The notes under the pieces: model-generated
What the model saw: the letters and a program-made list of their open reading frames with translations, nothing else
Told to the model about the DNA's origin: nothing
Databases searched by the model: none
Assembly: GCA_951406725.2 (NCBI GenBank)
Contig: OX597815.1
Coordinates: 119,474,001-119,538,000, forward strand
DNA: 64,000 nucleotides
Reading direction: 5' to 3'
Source of the DNA: Octopus vulgaris
Lineage: Eukaryota
Part shown: positions 26,098 to 39,565 of the stretch, in pieces
Numbering within the stretch: the first letter of the stretch is position 1
How the letters are laid out: each line of letters starts with the position of its first letter
Program-made: the position numbers and the translations under genes

Positions 26098-26700
26098 CTT
26101 AGAAAACAATTATAAAAGAAAAAAAAAGAGAAGTTATAAATAAAAATTTTATAAGGTCATTAAACAATGGTAATAGCAACAATAAATAAATTTAATCTAA
26201 AAGCATTTATCGATATTATCAATACCAGTACTGGAAATTTCTTCACCTTCAATAAGAGATTCAGCCATGGAGTCTATGGGTGCTACTTTTCAGTTAGGCA
26301 TCTATTCTAATCCCCTTATTGCTGAGTAAACATCTATTTCATAATGATGTAGTGATGGACTAGTAATTTTCCAACTTCCACGGTAATATATAATTTATTT
26401 TTAAACCTAGATTCATCACAGCATTTAACCCTTTTATTACCATATTTCTATTGAAATACATGTGGCCTAATGGTTAGGCTGTTGCACTCATGATCATAAG
26501 ATTGTGGCTTCAATTCCTGGGCAGTGTATTTGTGTTCTTGAGCAAAACACTTCATTTCACGTGGCTCCAGTCCATTCAGCTGTAAATGAATTCCAGTAAC
26601 AGCTGGGAAGTTAACCCTGCTACAGACCAGCAGTTCATTTAGTGGGTAGGAGTGAAATTCATACACTCATGGGTGAAACTTATACACCATGGAAGCTGAG

Positions 26701-26929
26701 TTAACGCTTTAGCATTTAAACCAGCCATGTCCAGCCCAAATATGTCTCCTGTTTTATGTTTAAACTGACCAGATCTGGCCTTGCACACTTACCCAACAAT
26801 GTCATTCTAAATATAGACAATAAGATCATCAAAATCTCAAAATCTGTGAGATAATACAGGATCAATTCAAAGTAATATAGATAAATAAGCTTTACATTTG
26901 TCAGAGTAATTTGAACACTAAAGGGTTAA
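26701..26929 (+). mobile_element. TTAA-flanked piggyBac-like MITE family A (also 47959-48171, 56175-56400, fragments 41650-41970)
   Basis: Termini ttaa-cgctttag / ctaaaggg-ttaa; shared interior cagatctggcc..acaatgtcattctaaa. Confidence 0.75.
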
Positions 26930-28059
26930 ACTCTGGCAATTTTAGTTCTAGTGCTCATGACAGACCTGAAAGAAGAGAATTTGAACCTGTCACTGCAAAC
27001 AAGGAAAACATCCAAATATATAGTGATTCTGCTGATTACAACAGCAGTGAATTGCATCACCTTCCCATCTAGCTGGATGGAATCCTTTTCGCTAGAGACA
27101 CAAACTAATGCTGCTAATGAGGCGTGCACCAATCAGCTCTTAATCAACTATGGTTTATTAGTTGTCTAAAATTTCACTATTATGAAATTTTAAAAAATGT
27201 AGGATGGAAGATGAGGAGGAAAAATGCAAAATGTGTCTGACCACTAAGTCACAAGTTCACACTTTACTTTTGTTACTGTGTTGTACCCATGTGTGACACA
27301 CCTATTTCAATTTGTTTTAGATCTGGATCCTTTTGCTTAAGCAACAGAGATGTTACTAATGAGATTGATCTAGAAACAAATTGCTTTAAAATCAAACAGC
27401 TACAAAACCTGAAATGTGAAACCTATTTCAATTCTAGATAATATTGTTAACAAGATATATAGGCTCTACTTATTACAAAAGACAATAATACTATTTCAAG
27501 TATAATGACTGTTTCCTGAACAGTTCTACCAACTTTCCTTAGCCTACAAATTAACCAATACATAAGTATATGCACCAATACTCCTTTACTAGTTTTGATC
27601 ATTGGACTGCGGCCATACTGGGGCACCCCTTGAGGGTTGTAGTAGACCGAATTAATCCTATTTCTTTTTAAAGTCTAGTACTAATTCTATAAGTCTCATT
27701 TTCGCCCCAAGCGACAAAGATACTGGTGAATATAAACAAATGAAAATCATTATCAAACGGTGTCGGCAAAGACAAACACATGCACATACACAAATGATGG
27801 GCCTCTGTGCAACATCCATTCTACCAAGTACCCTCATTGGTAGGCCCAAGGTTTTAGTAGATGAGACACTTGCCCAGTGTGCTGTGAAATGGGACTGAAC
27901 TTGAAACCATATAGTTTAGGAGCAATTTCTTGACCATAGAGCTGTACTTGCACCTATACATTTGAATGTTCCAACAATTTTCAATCGCTTGCCATTTCAG
28001 TATAGGAATCTCATTTATTTCCTTATCTGATGATGATTTCTGATCTCTCTACATACATA

Positions 28060-28090
<31 letters not shown>

Positions 28091-28672
28091 ATATGAATAT
28101 TACACTTTCTATTTGTTCTATCAAGTTTCCTGAAATATATTTTAACAATTTTCCTTTAATCTTTTGAAAATGAAATGCTACAATTTTTAGACAAATTTCT
28201 TAAGTATTACAGTATATTATTAGAGATTATAATTTCAAGGCAAGCATAAGTCCAGACCAGTAATTTGAAATGGCCATCTATTTACATCGTTATTATCTTT
28301 AGTAAAGTGTTAGAGGCAAATTGAAAACAACATCTAGGCTTTGACAATGGAAATTCTAAAGTCATAATGAATTTACCCTTTCATAAATATAAGAATACTG
28401 AAAATATCATAATGTAAGACTAAAGAAAACATGACCATTTATTGGAAACATTCTATTCCTTCAAAACAATATAAATAGTAAACTTCAGAAATAAACCTGT
28501 TAAAATGTTTGGGATGTTCTGAACAAGATTATAAAGCTGTAATTGGCGGGGAAAAAAACATAGCTAACAGTTTCTCCTAACAATAACTTTTGTTTAATCT
28601 ACATAACAGAACCCAATTGAAACAGATCAATAATACAGCTGAAATATTGATTAAGAAACCAACAAAACTAAC

Positions 28673-28786
28673 CTAATGTGGAACCACCTTCGCTAGGTAC
28701 ACAGGTAAAACCTTGAGTACGAGGAAAATAGAACACTGTCACTTTATCAAAATTGACAGATTTCTTTTGACGCTTGCTTCTTGGCT
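28673..28786 (-). CDS. CSRNP: CSRNP second coding exon (114 nt, phase 1-1): (E)[37 protein letters not shown](G)
   Basis: Manual translation; too short for the ORF track. Acceptor tttttatatttcag| and donor G|gttagt. Matches the conserved CSRNP motif VxFDxVTVxYFxRxQGFTxVPSxGGSTLG. Confidence 0.93.
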
Positions 28787-28874
28787 CTGAAATATAAAAA
28801 TGAAGAAAATACTCAGTAAAAATTAAAATGTGATGAAAGATGGGCGATGTAATAAAGGTTTTCTCTAATTTTTT

Positions 28875-29075
28875 GTACTTGTTTCATTCATTTGACTGTG
28901 GCCATGCTGGAGCACCGCCTTTAGTTGAACAAACCAACTCCAGGACTTACTCTTTGTAAGCCTAGTACTTACTCTATGGGCTTGTTTTGCCAAACCACTA
29001 AATTATGGGGACATAAACACACCAACATCGGTTGTCAAGCAATGGTGATGGGGACAAACACACAAACATATACAT

Positions 29076-29108
<33 letters not shown>

Positions 29109-29458
29109 GGGAGAGCTCACGAAAAAAACAAAAGACGAAGACAGGTGGTGTACAAAACAGATGTATTAGTATAACACTCAGGAATAGAAAAAGTCTTTTA
29201 CGTTTCGAGCCTATGCTCTTCTACAGAAAGGGACACAGAAAAAAAAAAACAAGGAGAGAAAAAAAATGTGTGTGTAGGGGCTACCAATCTATCATGGCGA
29301 CACGATAGGCTTCTTTCAGTTTCTGTCTCCCAAATCTACTCACAAGGCTTTGATTAGTCCAAGGCTATAGTAGAAGACACTTGCCCAAGGTGCCATGCAG
29401 TGGGACTGAACCCAGAACCATGTGGTTGGTAAGCAAGCTACTTACCACACAGCCACTT
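28875..29458 (-). mobile_element. tRNA-derived SINE family B (head gtggctgtgtggtaag..gggttcagtccc..ccttgggcaagtg) with internal (CA/TA)n; hosts a Penelope-like insert
   Basis: A/B-box-like head at 29458-29395 and CORE-like ccttgggcaagt. Related copies at 8655-9115, 27595-27955, 40940-41200, 50005-50355, 52320-52635, 54085-54270, 57665-58050, 59690-59850, 61590-61910. Confidence 0.8.
29109..29300 (-). mobile_element. Penelope-like element terminal fragment with hammerhead-like motif
   Basis: Inserted in (TA)n. Contains acgtttcgagcctatgctcttctacag, whose reverse complement CTGTAGAAGAGC-ATAG-GCTC-GAAACGTA is the PLE hammerhead layout. Confidence 0.6.
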
Positions 29459-31885
29459 CGATATATTAAAAAAAAAATTATATAATGAGCCATCTATATT
29501 ACTAAGTGGTAAGCATAATCAGTAGTAACAGTCCTCTGAAATAACTGGGTTCGATATGTATATAAATGGATTGGCTACCTTTAAGGTTGGCAATACCATG
29601 TAGACACTTCAGATAATGGTCCAATGAGGATTGAAAATTGATTAAATCTGCTCATCACTTTTTTCAATTTATAAACAATTAGGTAAATTTGAAAGTTTGC
29701 ATGCCTACTACATACCAATACATACACACAAAGTATAATGAACTATTTATAACAATTTGTGCTTTTCTGGAGAAAGAGCAAATAAAATTTGTTGGTTTTG
29801 GCAAATGTAGGTTGTTTAGCTATAGTCACAGAAAATTTGTGTATTATTTGGCCTACAAAAACAGGTGTACTATTGCAAAAGTATTTCTCATAAAAACATA
29901 ATGTCTTTAAAAGGGGGCAATTGTATTTTGAATTGAAATAATAAATGAAAAGAAAATTTATTCTGAAAATAAAATATTTTGCATAATATTCAAACTGACT
30001 ACTGCCATAAAATTTGGAATGTTCTTTTGGAAAAGCACCTTGATGATGCACTAATATTTTTGTAATGCATCAACCAACAATTTATCTAAAGGTGGGTATG
30101 TGTGATTTCAGAAAATTTATTCAACAAGATTGTTTTGTTTTTTTTCCTGTCTAAAAATGGGTACCTAGGTACTCGATTATATGGAAAAAGTGAATTTGAA
30201 ATGAAAGTTATATTGTTTATGGAGATAAAATTACTACCAAACTAGAAATATTGAAGAATTTATTACAATTTATTATTTGAAAAATACTTAAGTCAAGAAA
30301 ATGATCAGCACACACACATATGTTTTCTCTGTTAAAAATACTTTTCCCATTAAAACTAAGCAAGATTACTTATTTATATATTCAAGTTTAGGTCACAGTA
30401 AAGTTTAATGTCTATATAAATGGTGATTAGTAAAGCAGCGTTGATCTCAGAATTGTAAACCAAAAACAATTTGGACAATTCACGCCGATGAAGCGAAAAG
30501 ACTATTGGACTAAAAATTTAATCACAAGCCATATTATTGGTTGTTTTCAGAAACAGCCAACATACAAGTCATTTTCATTCGCTCGTTTCTCTCAATATTA
30601 TTATATTCCACAGAATATAATAAAAGAAAAAATTTTTAAATGAGAAAAATACTTTTTTTCTTCTCAATACTGAAATGTTAGTTAGAAGCATAAATTACCA
30701 CAAATAAGTTAAATGAAATGAAAACAAATTAAAATTTGGAGAATAAAACTATTAGAATGAATGTGGAATGGAGGAAGTAAGAAGGTTTATTTATGACATC
30801 AAGGATTGCAAGCAATACAGGAACTTCAATGAATTTAAAGCAATGTGCAAGTGTTAATTAAAAAAAGATAGGATGAAACTATTCACAAATATGAAGTTTG
30901 GTATTGCCAAGAACGTATCTAAAATTATGACAAAATGTAGAATAGAGTAAAAAGGAGGCAGGTAGGATGTCTTTTGTTTGTTAAGCTAATCCACCCAATC
31001 ACAATCTGCAATAATGAAACATAATAATAATAATAATAATAATTAAAGACTCATTTTAATTACTTTTTTAATACATATATTAGCTGAAACATGTTAAAGA
31101 TTTGAAAATATTAATTTCTCGACTAATTAAAACCAGAATATCAACTCTACCCTTTCAAGGCGTTCTATTTGAAGATAGAAGGATCATAGGAAGAAACAGG
31201 GTATCCAACCTAAATCAGTTGAATATTGATTAATTTTTTTTAATTTGAAAGAAAATGAGGTCTAAACTGTAAGGAGTTCAGATAATCCAGTGTATTTGGA
31301 TTACTATCAACAGACAGTGCTCAAGGCAAATAAACTTTTCCTTAAGAAAAATAATAAATATATTACAAAAATAACACACTAATACTTGGGTAAGAGAAAT
31401 TCTACACTCTAGTTTCAGACTGTTTGGAAAATGGTCCTTATTGTTTCTCCAAATGTAAAGATTTCAAGTAATAAAGAAAAGAATAGCATTATCAACATCA
31501 GTGAAGTGGTTTTAACCAGGCCTCATGTGTCAATATAAAATTTAATATGAATACTCATTAATGTGAAAATTAATTTCCATCATAAAACTGTCACAATAAA
31601 ATGACCACTCACTTTTACCACTGAACAATGAAAGAAGGAGTTGAAATTTTTTCTTTCAATTTTACTATGCAAACAAATAAATATAAATATATATATAAAG
31701 AATAAAATGAATAAATTATTCTAACCAACAGTAGGAAGATGATAAAATGGCTGAGAATAAATAGTCCATAAGGGAGGCAACCAACCATAAGTGGGAGGAG
31801 GGGGATGGTGTAGTTAGCTCCCTTAGTTAAATCCTTGCATACAACAGCTAATTAAACAAAAATGTTAATACAATTATGTCAATAC

Positions 31886-32760
31886 ACGTGGGTATATGTA
31901 ATATTTACGTTTACAAGCCTTAATAAAAGATCGCTGTTTGTATATTTGAATTGTCTATGTTACGCAATAACAATACTGTTTGGAATACGTACGACTGGAA
32001 TGAACAAAACAAATAATAATACATTAGTTAAAAAAAATAAAATAACAGCTAGCAAGCGAAGGTTCGAAACAAAGTACAAAAGCATATATATATTAGAAGA
32101 ATCAAAGTAATCTAATTTCTGGTACTGGTCATTCGTCTCCAGAATTCTTTAATACGATCATCTAGAAATGACAGAGATTTAAAAGGTTGTAAGAAAATGT
32201 TTACATAAGAAAACACTTTTTTCGTATTTAAAAACTGTTTTACGTATCGACTTATTCTTAACCACCGCCGATATCAAACCTCTAAATGGTCGCTCAAAAC
32301 GCTAGAAATAACAGCCATATTCTTAAACATTATCGCCCTACAGAAGGATATTTTGAATAATGATGTCCACCTCGGGTTTCCTGAACATGGGAGTGGGGGC
32401 AGACATGACAGTAAGAGCTGCAGGTCAGCACGATTAGGGCTGAGCTGACATCAGATTAAATAATAACAATCACCAATGCCAAATTCAGTATGGGCCGAAG
32501 TTAAACCTCCCACTCACTGAAAAAATCTCCGTCAATTTACGATATTTACGACGAACATTGTATCACTATAATTATGTTGCTAACTGTATTGCCGAATAAT
32601 TTAGGAGTTTCTTAAAAGATCTATGCCCTCCCATCCACACCCATATCTTTGTGTACGTGCACATGCATAGATTTTATGTGCGTATGTATACACACAAAAT
32701 TAAGTACACATACACACATGTCGGAAAATAATATTTTCTTTTTATCTTCATGGGCTTCGC
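31886..32760. promoter_or_regulatory. CpG-retaining intronic island (candidate enhancer or alternative promoter)
   Basis: About 30 CpGs counted in ~875 bp versus about 5 in 33841-35820. Confidence 0.4.
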
Positions 32761-35700
32761 TAATTGCTCTAAGTTGGTGCCTATACAGAAATTGTAAGCA
32801 GAGTACAGTACAAGGAAGTTCTAGTTCTGCTGAGAAAAACTCAAAAACAGTGTTCAGTGAAGGATTCGTAAAGAGAGGCATACAAGCTGGTGTAACAGAA
32901 TGATGTTAGTGCTCATGGAGGGTGGAGTAGTATGAGGAGCAGAAGGTATAGGATGTTTATGAACAAGTCTTTGCTAATCAGGATTCAGCTCACATATATA
33001 ATATTGCAAAAATGACAAACATAAAATCGGGTTCCTCTTTCAGACTGAGAGAGGCTACAACCCCAGTCAATTGATGACGATCATCACCATTAACTAACCA
33101 TAAAGCACAAATGCTGTAGACTACATCCAAAAGAAGGCCATATGCTTAATTAGCTTTAACCAGGCATATAGATGTGCTGTTTCCTCTTTTCTTCCTTCTC
33201 TCACTCATAGATATACCTCTGACATAGCTAATTGCATTCACCCTCAACTCAAGACTACATGTTCTCCCACCACTTTTGCAGTATTCCACTCCCAGAACCT
33301 GCATCAAATATTTCTTCTTTCTAGATCAGTAACCTTCCACCAACATTTTTCTCCAAGAATTCACCAACAAATGCTCAAAATTAAACCCCAACTGCACCAA
33401 TCTGAGAGGCCTGCAATGACGCTGGGCACAGGCTCTTCTCCCCTTCTTCTAATTGACTTTCATAAAAACTAGCTAAAAAGAGACAGGAGGTGGTTGTTTA
33501 CGACACATCCATCACCTTTGACATGTTGGAAGAGAAGGCAATGTGTTGTTGGTTGGCAATATCAAAGAGGCTGCCTTTTTAGGAATGATGTACAAAGACA
33601 TTAGAACAGACCCCACCCCCATACACAGACAACGAGTTGAGTTGTTTGGTGGGAATAAGAGAAGCTAAATGAGGAGCACACAATCAGATAGCATAGAAAA
33701 AATTGTGGCAAACAAGAGAAGTGGTTTGGCAGAACTTCAAGAATGCCAGGCCGAAAGTCTTACAGTGTTTGTTGAGGAACCCATCTTCCTTCCTGCTGAG
33801 GCCCTGTGAAATGTCATGAGCACTACCTTCCCACATGACTATAAGATTTATGAAAAAAAAAAAATTGAAACTAGAGGATCACTGTCAGAGTGAGTCATCT
33901 TATTGAGTAAGACTGAGTAGTTTCTACATTACAGGAGTAGAGCAGGCATTACATAAACATGATAATGATAAATCAATTTACACTGTATAACTACTATCCT
34001 GGTTAATAATCTAAGTCAGGGAAATTAGCTTGTGCAAAAGTAGTAAAAGTAGATTATCATATGTCTAGAAAATAACAGCGAGTTAGTAAAAACATTGAGT
34101 TTTGTTCGCTTTTTTTTTCTTGGTGAGATGGGATATCTGTTATAGTTCAAAATTTCTTAATAGGTAACAACTAATTCCATATTTTACCCCACAATTCACT
34201 GTGCTCTTTTTATTCCAGGGTCCATTCTTAATAGTTCTTGTTAGAAGTCAGTGTCAATATTTTTATGACCAGCAACAGATTCTGTCTATGTGAAAACTAA
34301 TATAGGTTACTCGAGTAAAGCATGTATTTCTTTCCTTTTAAAGGAATTGACAGTAAAACTGTAGTTCTCATATTTTATGTTAAACTTTACTGCTAAGAAA
34401 AGTAAGTTTCAATAGTTAATTTTTGAAATAATGATAGCATTGCTATAATCTTAGGTTTGATCAAGGCTTATAAATTTCCTTGTTTTTCGAATAGTTTTAG
34501 ATATGTATGAACAATGCATGGGCAAATTGACAATCAGGTAAAATCTTAATGTTGTAAAATAAAATAATAGTTTAATGATACCAAAAAACATACATAAAAG
34601 AGTAAGCAGATAGTTTAATTTTGCAATATAGAAAGTAATAAAAACAGATCAATTAAAAACAAGGATGCATTTATAATCAAATTATCACAACAAGACTGAA
34701 AATATGAAATAAATTCAATAAGGAAAAGTTTTCAAATTGCATAAACTGCAAATGAACAGAGAAGGGAAAAAAGTTTACAGAAGTTAATATTTTGTGAAAA
34801 GTTGTGTAAAAGGAACAGCATAAATATAGGATTGAATTAGGTTTAGGACTAAATCAAGCAGAAGGAAAAGATTGTAAAATAAACAGAAAATAAAATAAAA
34901 CTATTCTTCACAAAACCAAAACTCATTAAAAGACTGGAATCAAAAAGAAGACAGACCAAAGCCAACTCAGTTGGATCAATGCATATGCTGTGTATGCCAA
35001 GTATTTCTATTTTCATCATTCGGTTACCCTTCATCATAGACAGTCCAGTTGAATGAAATGGTGGTGGTGGTGGGGGGGGAGAGATGCTGGTCCAGAGCCT
35101 GAAGAAGTGCATTTGTCTCCACAGAGTGAATTGATCTTTGGACTGGAATTTAATTATAGTTCTATGACTACTAAGTTATATTATCTTGCAACACCAACTT
35201 GAATAAGATGGGCTGAACACAGGTGTCATAGCCACAATATAATGATGACAGGGTATGTATTGCCAGCTCTCAGATACCCTGTTGATGATGCAGCTATCAT
35301 AATTGTGAAAAAAAGGAAAAAAGTCTTTTTTATACAATAAACAAAGAGAAAGAGAAGACAGCAGATACTCTTTCAAGTGTGTATAGTGAACTGCTGGATA
35401 ACCAGCAGTTAAGCAATTAATTTGGTTGTTATATTCAGATTGTATTTGAAGATATTAAGTAGCCTACACTTTCAGTATACAAGGCAACATCCTCTTATAC
35501 TGGTCCTACAATGAAAACCCATTCAGAGACACTTTAGTTATGTCTTACTAAGGACTTGTCTGCCTCTCTGGTGCTGATACCTCAAGAAAATGCATCCAGT
35601 AGAGTTGATGAAAGAAAGGTCATTTTAACCAAGTTAAAATGACATACACTTGCAGCAGTCTATGGTAGTAGTGGCTCCCAAAAAGAAATGACTCCAACCA

Positions 35701-38294
35701 TGACAACCACATCTAATGCATGTAAGCATAGGAAACGGGTGTAAAATGAAGAGATCAAATCTTGCCATAACAAAGATTTAGTCTTTCAAAGTAGAAAGGC
35801 TCTTCATTTTTAGTAAAGTGTAAGCTGCACAGGTCAAGCCTTTTCTTAGACTATTAGTAACCTAACTGAAGTGAACTGACACAATGAAGAACTGAAGTTG
35901 TATCACAGACTTCTGTACCAAGAAATTCACCCAAATGTTTCACAAATCTACCAAATAATTCCATATCTGATGGATGGGTATATAAAATAAAATACCTTGT
36001 GCTAATTAGTTAAGTCCCTTTACATTCAAATCCTAAAATCCTACCCATCATAATAAAATAAGTATCAATCAAGTACTGTACAAGAATTGATTCAAATTAA
36101 TTATAATTTCCCCAACAGAACGCATGGCAGAAGCAGTTGAGCATCAAACAAAATGCTTTGAAAATTTATTCTGATTCCTCACTTTCTTGAGTTCAAATCC
36201 TGTTAACATAAACTTCCTTCTTTTCATTGATGTAAGAAGCACCAGCTATGTAGTTGGGTTGATATAATTTACTCTTCTCACCAAAATTTCTGACAGCTTT
36301 GTGCTTTTGTTGGAAAGCATTATTATTACTACCATTGTCAAGTGTTCATATTTGCTTGAAATACATCATCATCGTCCGCTTTCCATACTGGCATGGGTTG
36401 GACAGTTTGACTGAGGACTGGCGAGCCAGAAGGCTGCACCAGGCTCCAATCTGATCTGGCAAAGTTTCTACAGCTGGATGCCCCTTCTACATACCTAGTA
36501 ATAATTATCCAGGTACTTCTACAACTGATGTAAGATAACAGAGTAGAAAAAAAAATTATACATGCATGCATACATATGTGTATGTGTGTGTGTATCAAGT
36601 TTGCTTTGATTTGCAAAATCCTGATCCTCCTCTTATTTCTATCATCTATGGCACATTCTTCTCAGTGGCATCCTGTGTCGCCTTTTAGTTGGTGTCTTCT
36701 GCATGACCAATCCAACTGAGCATTTCCAGGTGTTCAAAGTAGGATGTCACCATTAACTAGCTCCTTTTTACTTTTCCAGCAATGTTTATACATACTTACA
36801 TATTAGTATGTGCACATGCACACACACACACACAAAATATGAAGCAAAAACTGTAAAATATCTCAAATGGCAATTTGTTTATAATGGTGAGAATTAAGTG
36901 AGAATTAATACATATGTATACCAAGTTCTGAAACTTGCCTAACTCTAAACCTAACTATACAAAGACTTGCAAGTGTACACGCGCACAAACATCAGTCACT
37001 AACACACTTCTATTCTAATTTAATACAATATATATATATTAGTTGAAGTACTTGGTTATGTTTAAATATAAAGCAGTATATGCAGTGTAACATGGTAAAA
37101 GTATGGTAGAGAAAGTATCACTTCTAACAATTCCATTTCCTCCTATAAAAAAACTTAGTTGATTTAACTTGAAGCCAAACAGACATATCTTATATGAGAC
37201 TATGTGGATTAATACAGACATTTCTTCAATATACAAAAGAGAATGTTTATTTTGCTGTCTTAATAGATCTAAAATAAAAAGACTTTTACAGCAAAAAACT
37301 TTTTAAAAATTTGCTTTAGTTAAAAGCTAGCCAATAAAAAAAAACAAAAACATCAGCCCCATATTTATGGATTTTAGAGCAAAAATGGTTAAAGCAGTAT
37401 TATAGTGGAAGTTTAAAGGAGAAATAGGTAAAGATGAGGAATCTTGGGGGATGGGAGAGGGGAGAAAAGAAATAGAAATTAAATGGATTTTTTAAAGTGA
37501 AATCTGCTTTTGCAGTTTTCAGACTAAAGAAGCAATGTCCAAGTAGAGAAAGAGAGGGAGAGATGAGGAGAGTCAAGGCAATTTTATTGTTAAATCAAAT
37601 CAATATCTACAAATCTCAAGATGATAGCAGACATTGAAAAAGTACCTTACACATTCTTTCAAGGAACAAAAATTCACTGAGACTATAGCATCACTAATTG
37701 CCATAACCACTAAATTAAATAACATCTACAGAAATGTATACCAAACTTTGAAAAGTTTTAAGACAAAATAGATATTTATCTGTATACATTCCAGGTTAAT
37801 CTAAGAACTACAATTGAATTTCACAACAATTTTACTTTCAGAGGAATGAATATATATAACAAAAGGTTAGAGATATGAATTTTTCAAGTTAAACAAGAAA
37901 ATGAACTAGCTGCAGTTAGTAAGTAGATAGCATTCAACTTGTTTTACAATTTAAGAAACGTCTGCTATAATAATAACATGAAATATTGTCCTACATTACC
38001 CACTTGAACATGCTAATGTAACAGCCAAATTCCTACACATACACAATGTGTGGGACCAGAAGGGCAAAATGCCAAATACAAATGTAAGAGGGTGAGGCTT
38101 GGTTGAGTTTAATAATTTGTAGGTTGCTGTTCTGTTTTCAAAACTTGCTAAGCTCATAGTATCATGCCAGGTTGAGTCTAAGAACCACAACATCACAGGT
38201 AAAATTTGATACATCTACTTGTTAGTGTTTTTATTCAACCAGTTACTAGATTGGTATAGTTACATTGCATACTGACTTAAGATGGCAATTAACT

Positions 38295-38622
38295 AACAGG
38301 TACTTTGTCAGTTATGACAATGAGGGTTCCAGTGTATATGATCAATGGAACATCCTGCTCAGGCAATTAATGTGCAAGTGGTTGAGTACTCCACAGACAC
38401 ATGTACCCCTGACATAGTTCTCAAGGGAGATTCAATGTGACACAGGAAGTGACAAAGCCGGCCCTTTGAAATACAAGTACAACTCATTTTTGTCAGCTGA
38501 GTGGACCAGAGTAACATGAAATAAAGTGTCTTGCTCAAGGATTCAATGTGCTGCTGGGTACTGAAATCATGACCCTATAATTGTAAACTGAATACCCTAA
38601 CCACTAAATGATGTGCCTTCAC
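38295..38622 (-). mobile_element. tRNA-derived SINE family C (head ggcacatgg..tagtggttagg; ccttgagcaagacact)
   Basis: Same family at 1-140 (-, partial), 20790-21061 (-), 26455-26590 (+), 40830-40938 (-), 59860-60000 (+). Confidence 0.75.
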
Positions 38623-38939
38623 AAGATTGCAATTAGCACATTATGTTATCATGTTACTCTATTTGCCCTAAAACAACAATAAAACAATTTCTCAATGAAT
38701 CTTTTACAAAAATTTGAATACAGCATTATCACCATATAACATCCACTTTTCCATTCTTGCAAGAGATGGACAAAATTTGTGGAGGTGGATTTTCTACAAC
38801 AACCCTCACTTGTTCTTAAGTAAGATAATATTTTCCTTTGATTAGATATGTTTTCATAGAAGATTGGAAATGCAGGACAGCATTTGCATGATGACAACAC
38901 CCACTCACAACTATCACATGATGTCAATTATATCTATAT

Positions 38940-39565
38940 AGTATTTGAGGGAATCTGTGGAAGAGGTAGACCCAGGAAGACCTAGGATGAGGTGATGAAG
39001 CACGACTTTCGAACATTGGGCCTCGCTGAGGCATTGACCAATGACCAAGACCTTTGGAAATATGCTGTGCTTGAGAAGACCCAGCAAGCCAAATGAGACC
39101 CATAACCTGTGGCCAAGAGTTGCTTGCGAAGACCTGTTGAGGCAAGTAAAATCACAACCAAAATCAAATTCGCTGGCCGATGACAGCACAGCCTGACCGG
39201 CACCCATGCCAGTGGAACATTGAAAGCACGATCCGAGCGTGATCGTTGTCAGGGCCACTGACTGGCTCCTGTGCTGGTGGCACATAAAAAGCACTGTTTG
39301 TGAGTGATTGTTATCAGTATCGCCTTACTGGCACTTGTGCCGGCGGCATGTGAAAAACAACATTCGAGTAAGGTCGTTGCAAGTGCTGCTGGACTGGCTC
39401 CTGTGCAGGTGGCACATAAAAACACCATTTGAGCGTGACCATCGCCAGTACCGCCTGACTGGCACTCATGCCAGTAGCATGTAAAAGCACCCACTACACT
39501 CTTGGAGTGGTTGGCGATAGGAAGGGCATCCAGCTGTGGAAACTCTGCCAGATCAGATTGGAGCT
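38940..39565 (+). mobile_element. 5'-truncated RTE-clade LINE: ORF end plus 3' UTR with internal subrepeats
   Basis: EGICGRGRPRKT*DEVMKHD..LGL....NDQDLWK matches the RTE C-terminal RGRPRxxW...DRxxW motif. Followed by repeated tggcac(a/g)taaaa-gcac units and ggttggcg.taggaagggcatccagctg. Confidence 0.85.

Noticed and set aside
35389-35410. Short hairpins (9-11 bp stems; also 4372-4397 and 55899-55929)
   Set aside because: Length compatible with chance in 64 kb of AT-rich DNA; no other support.
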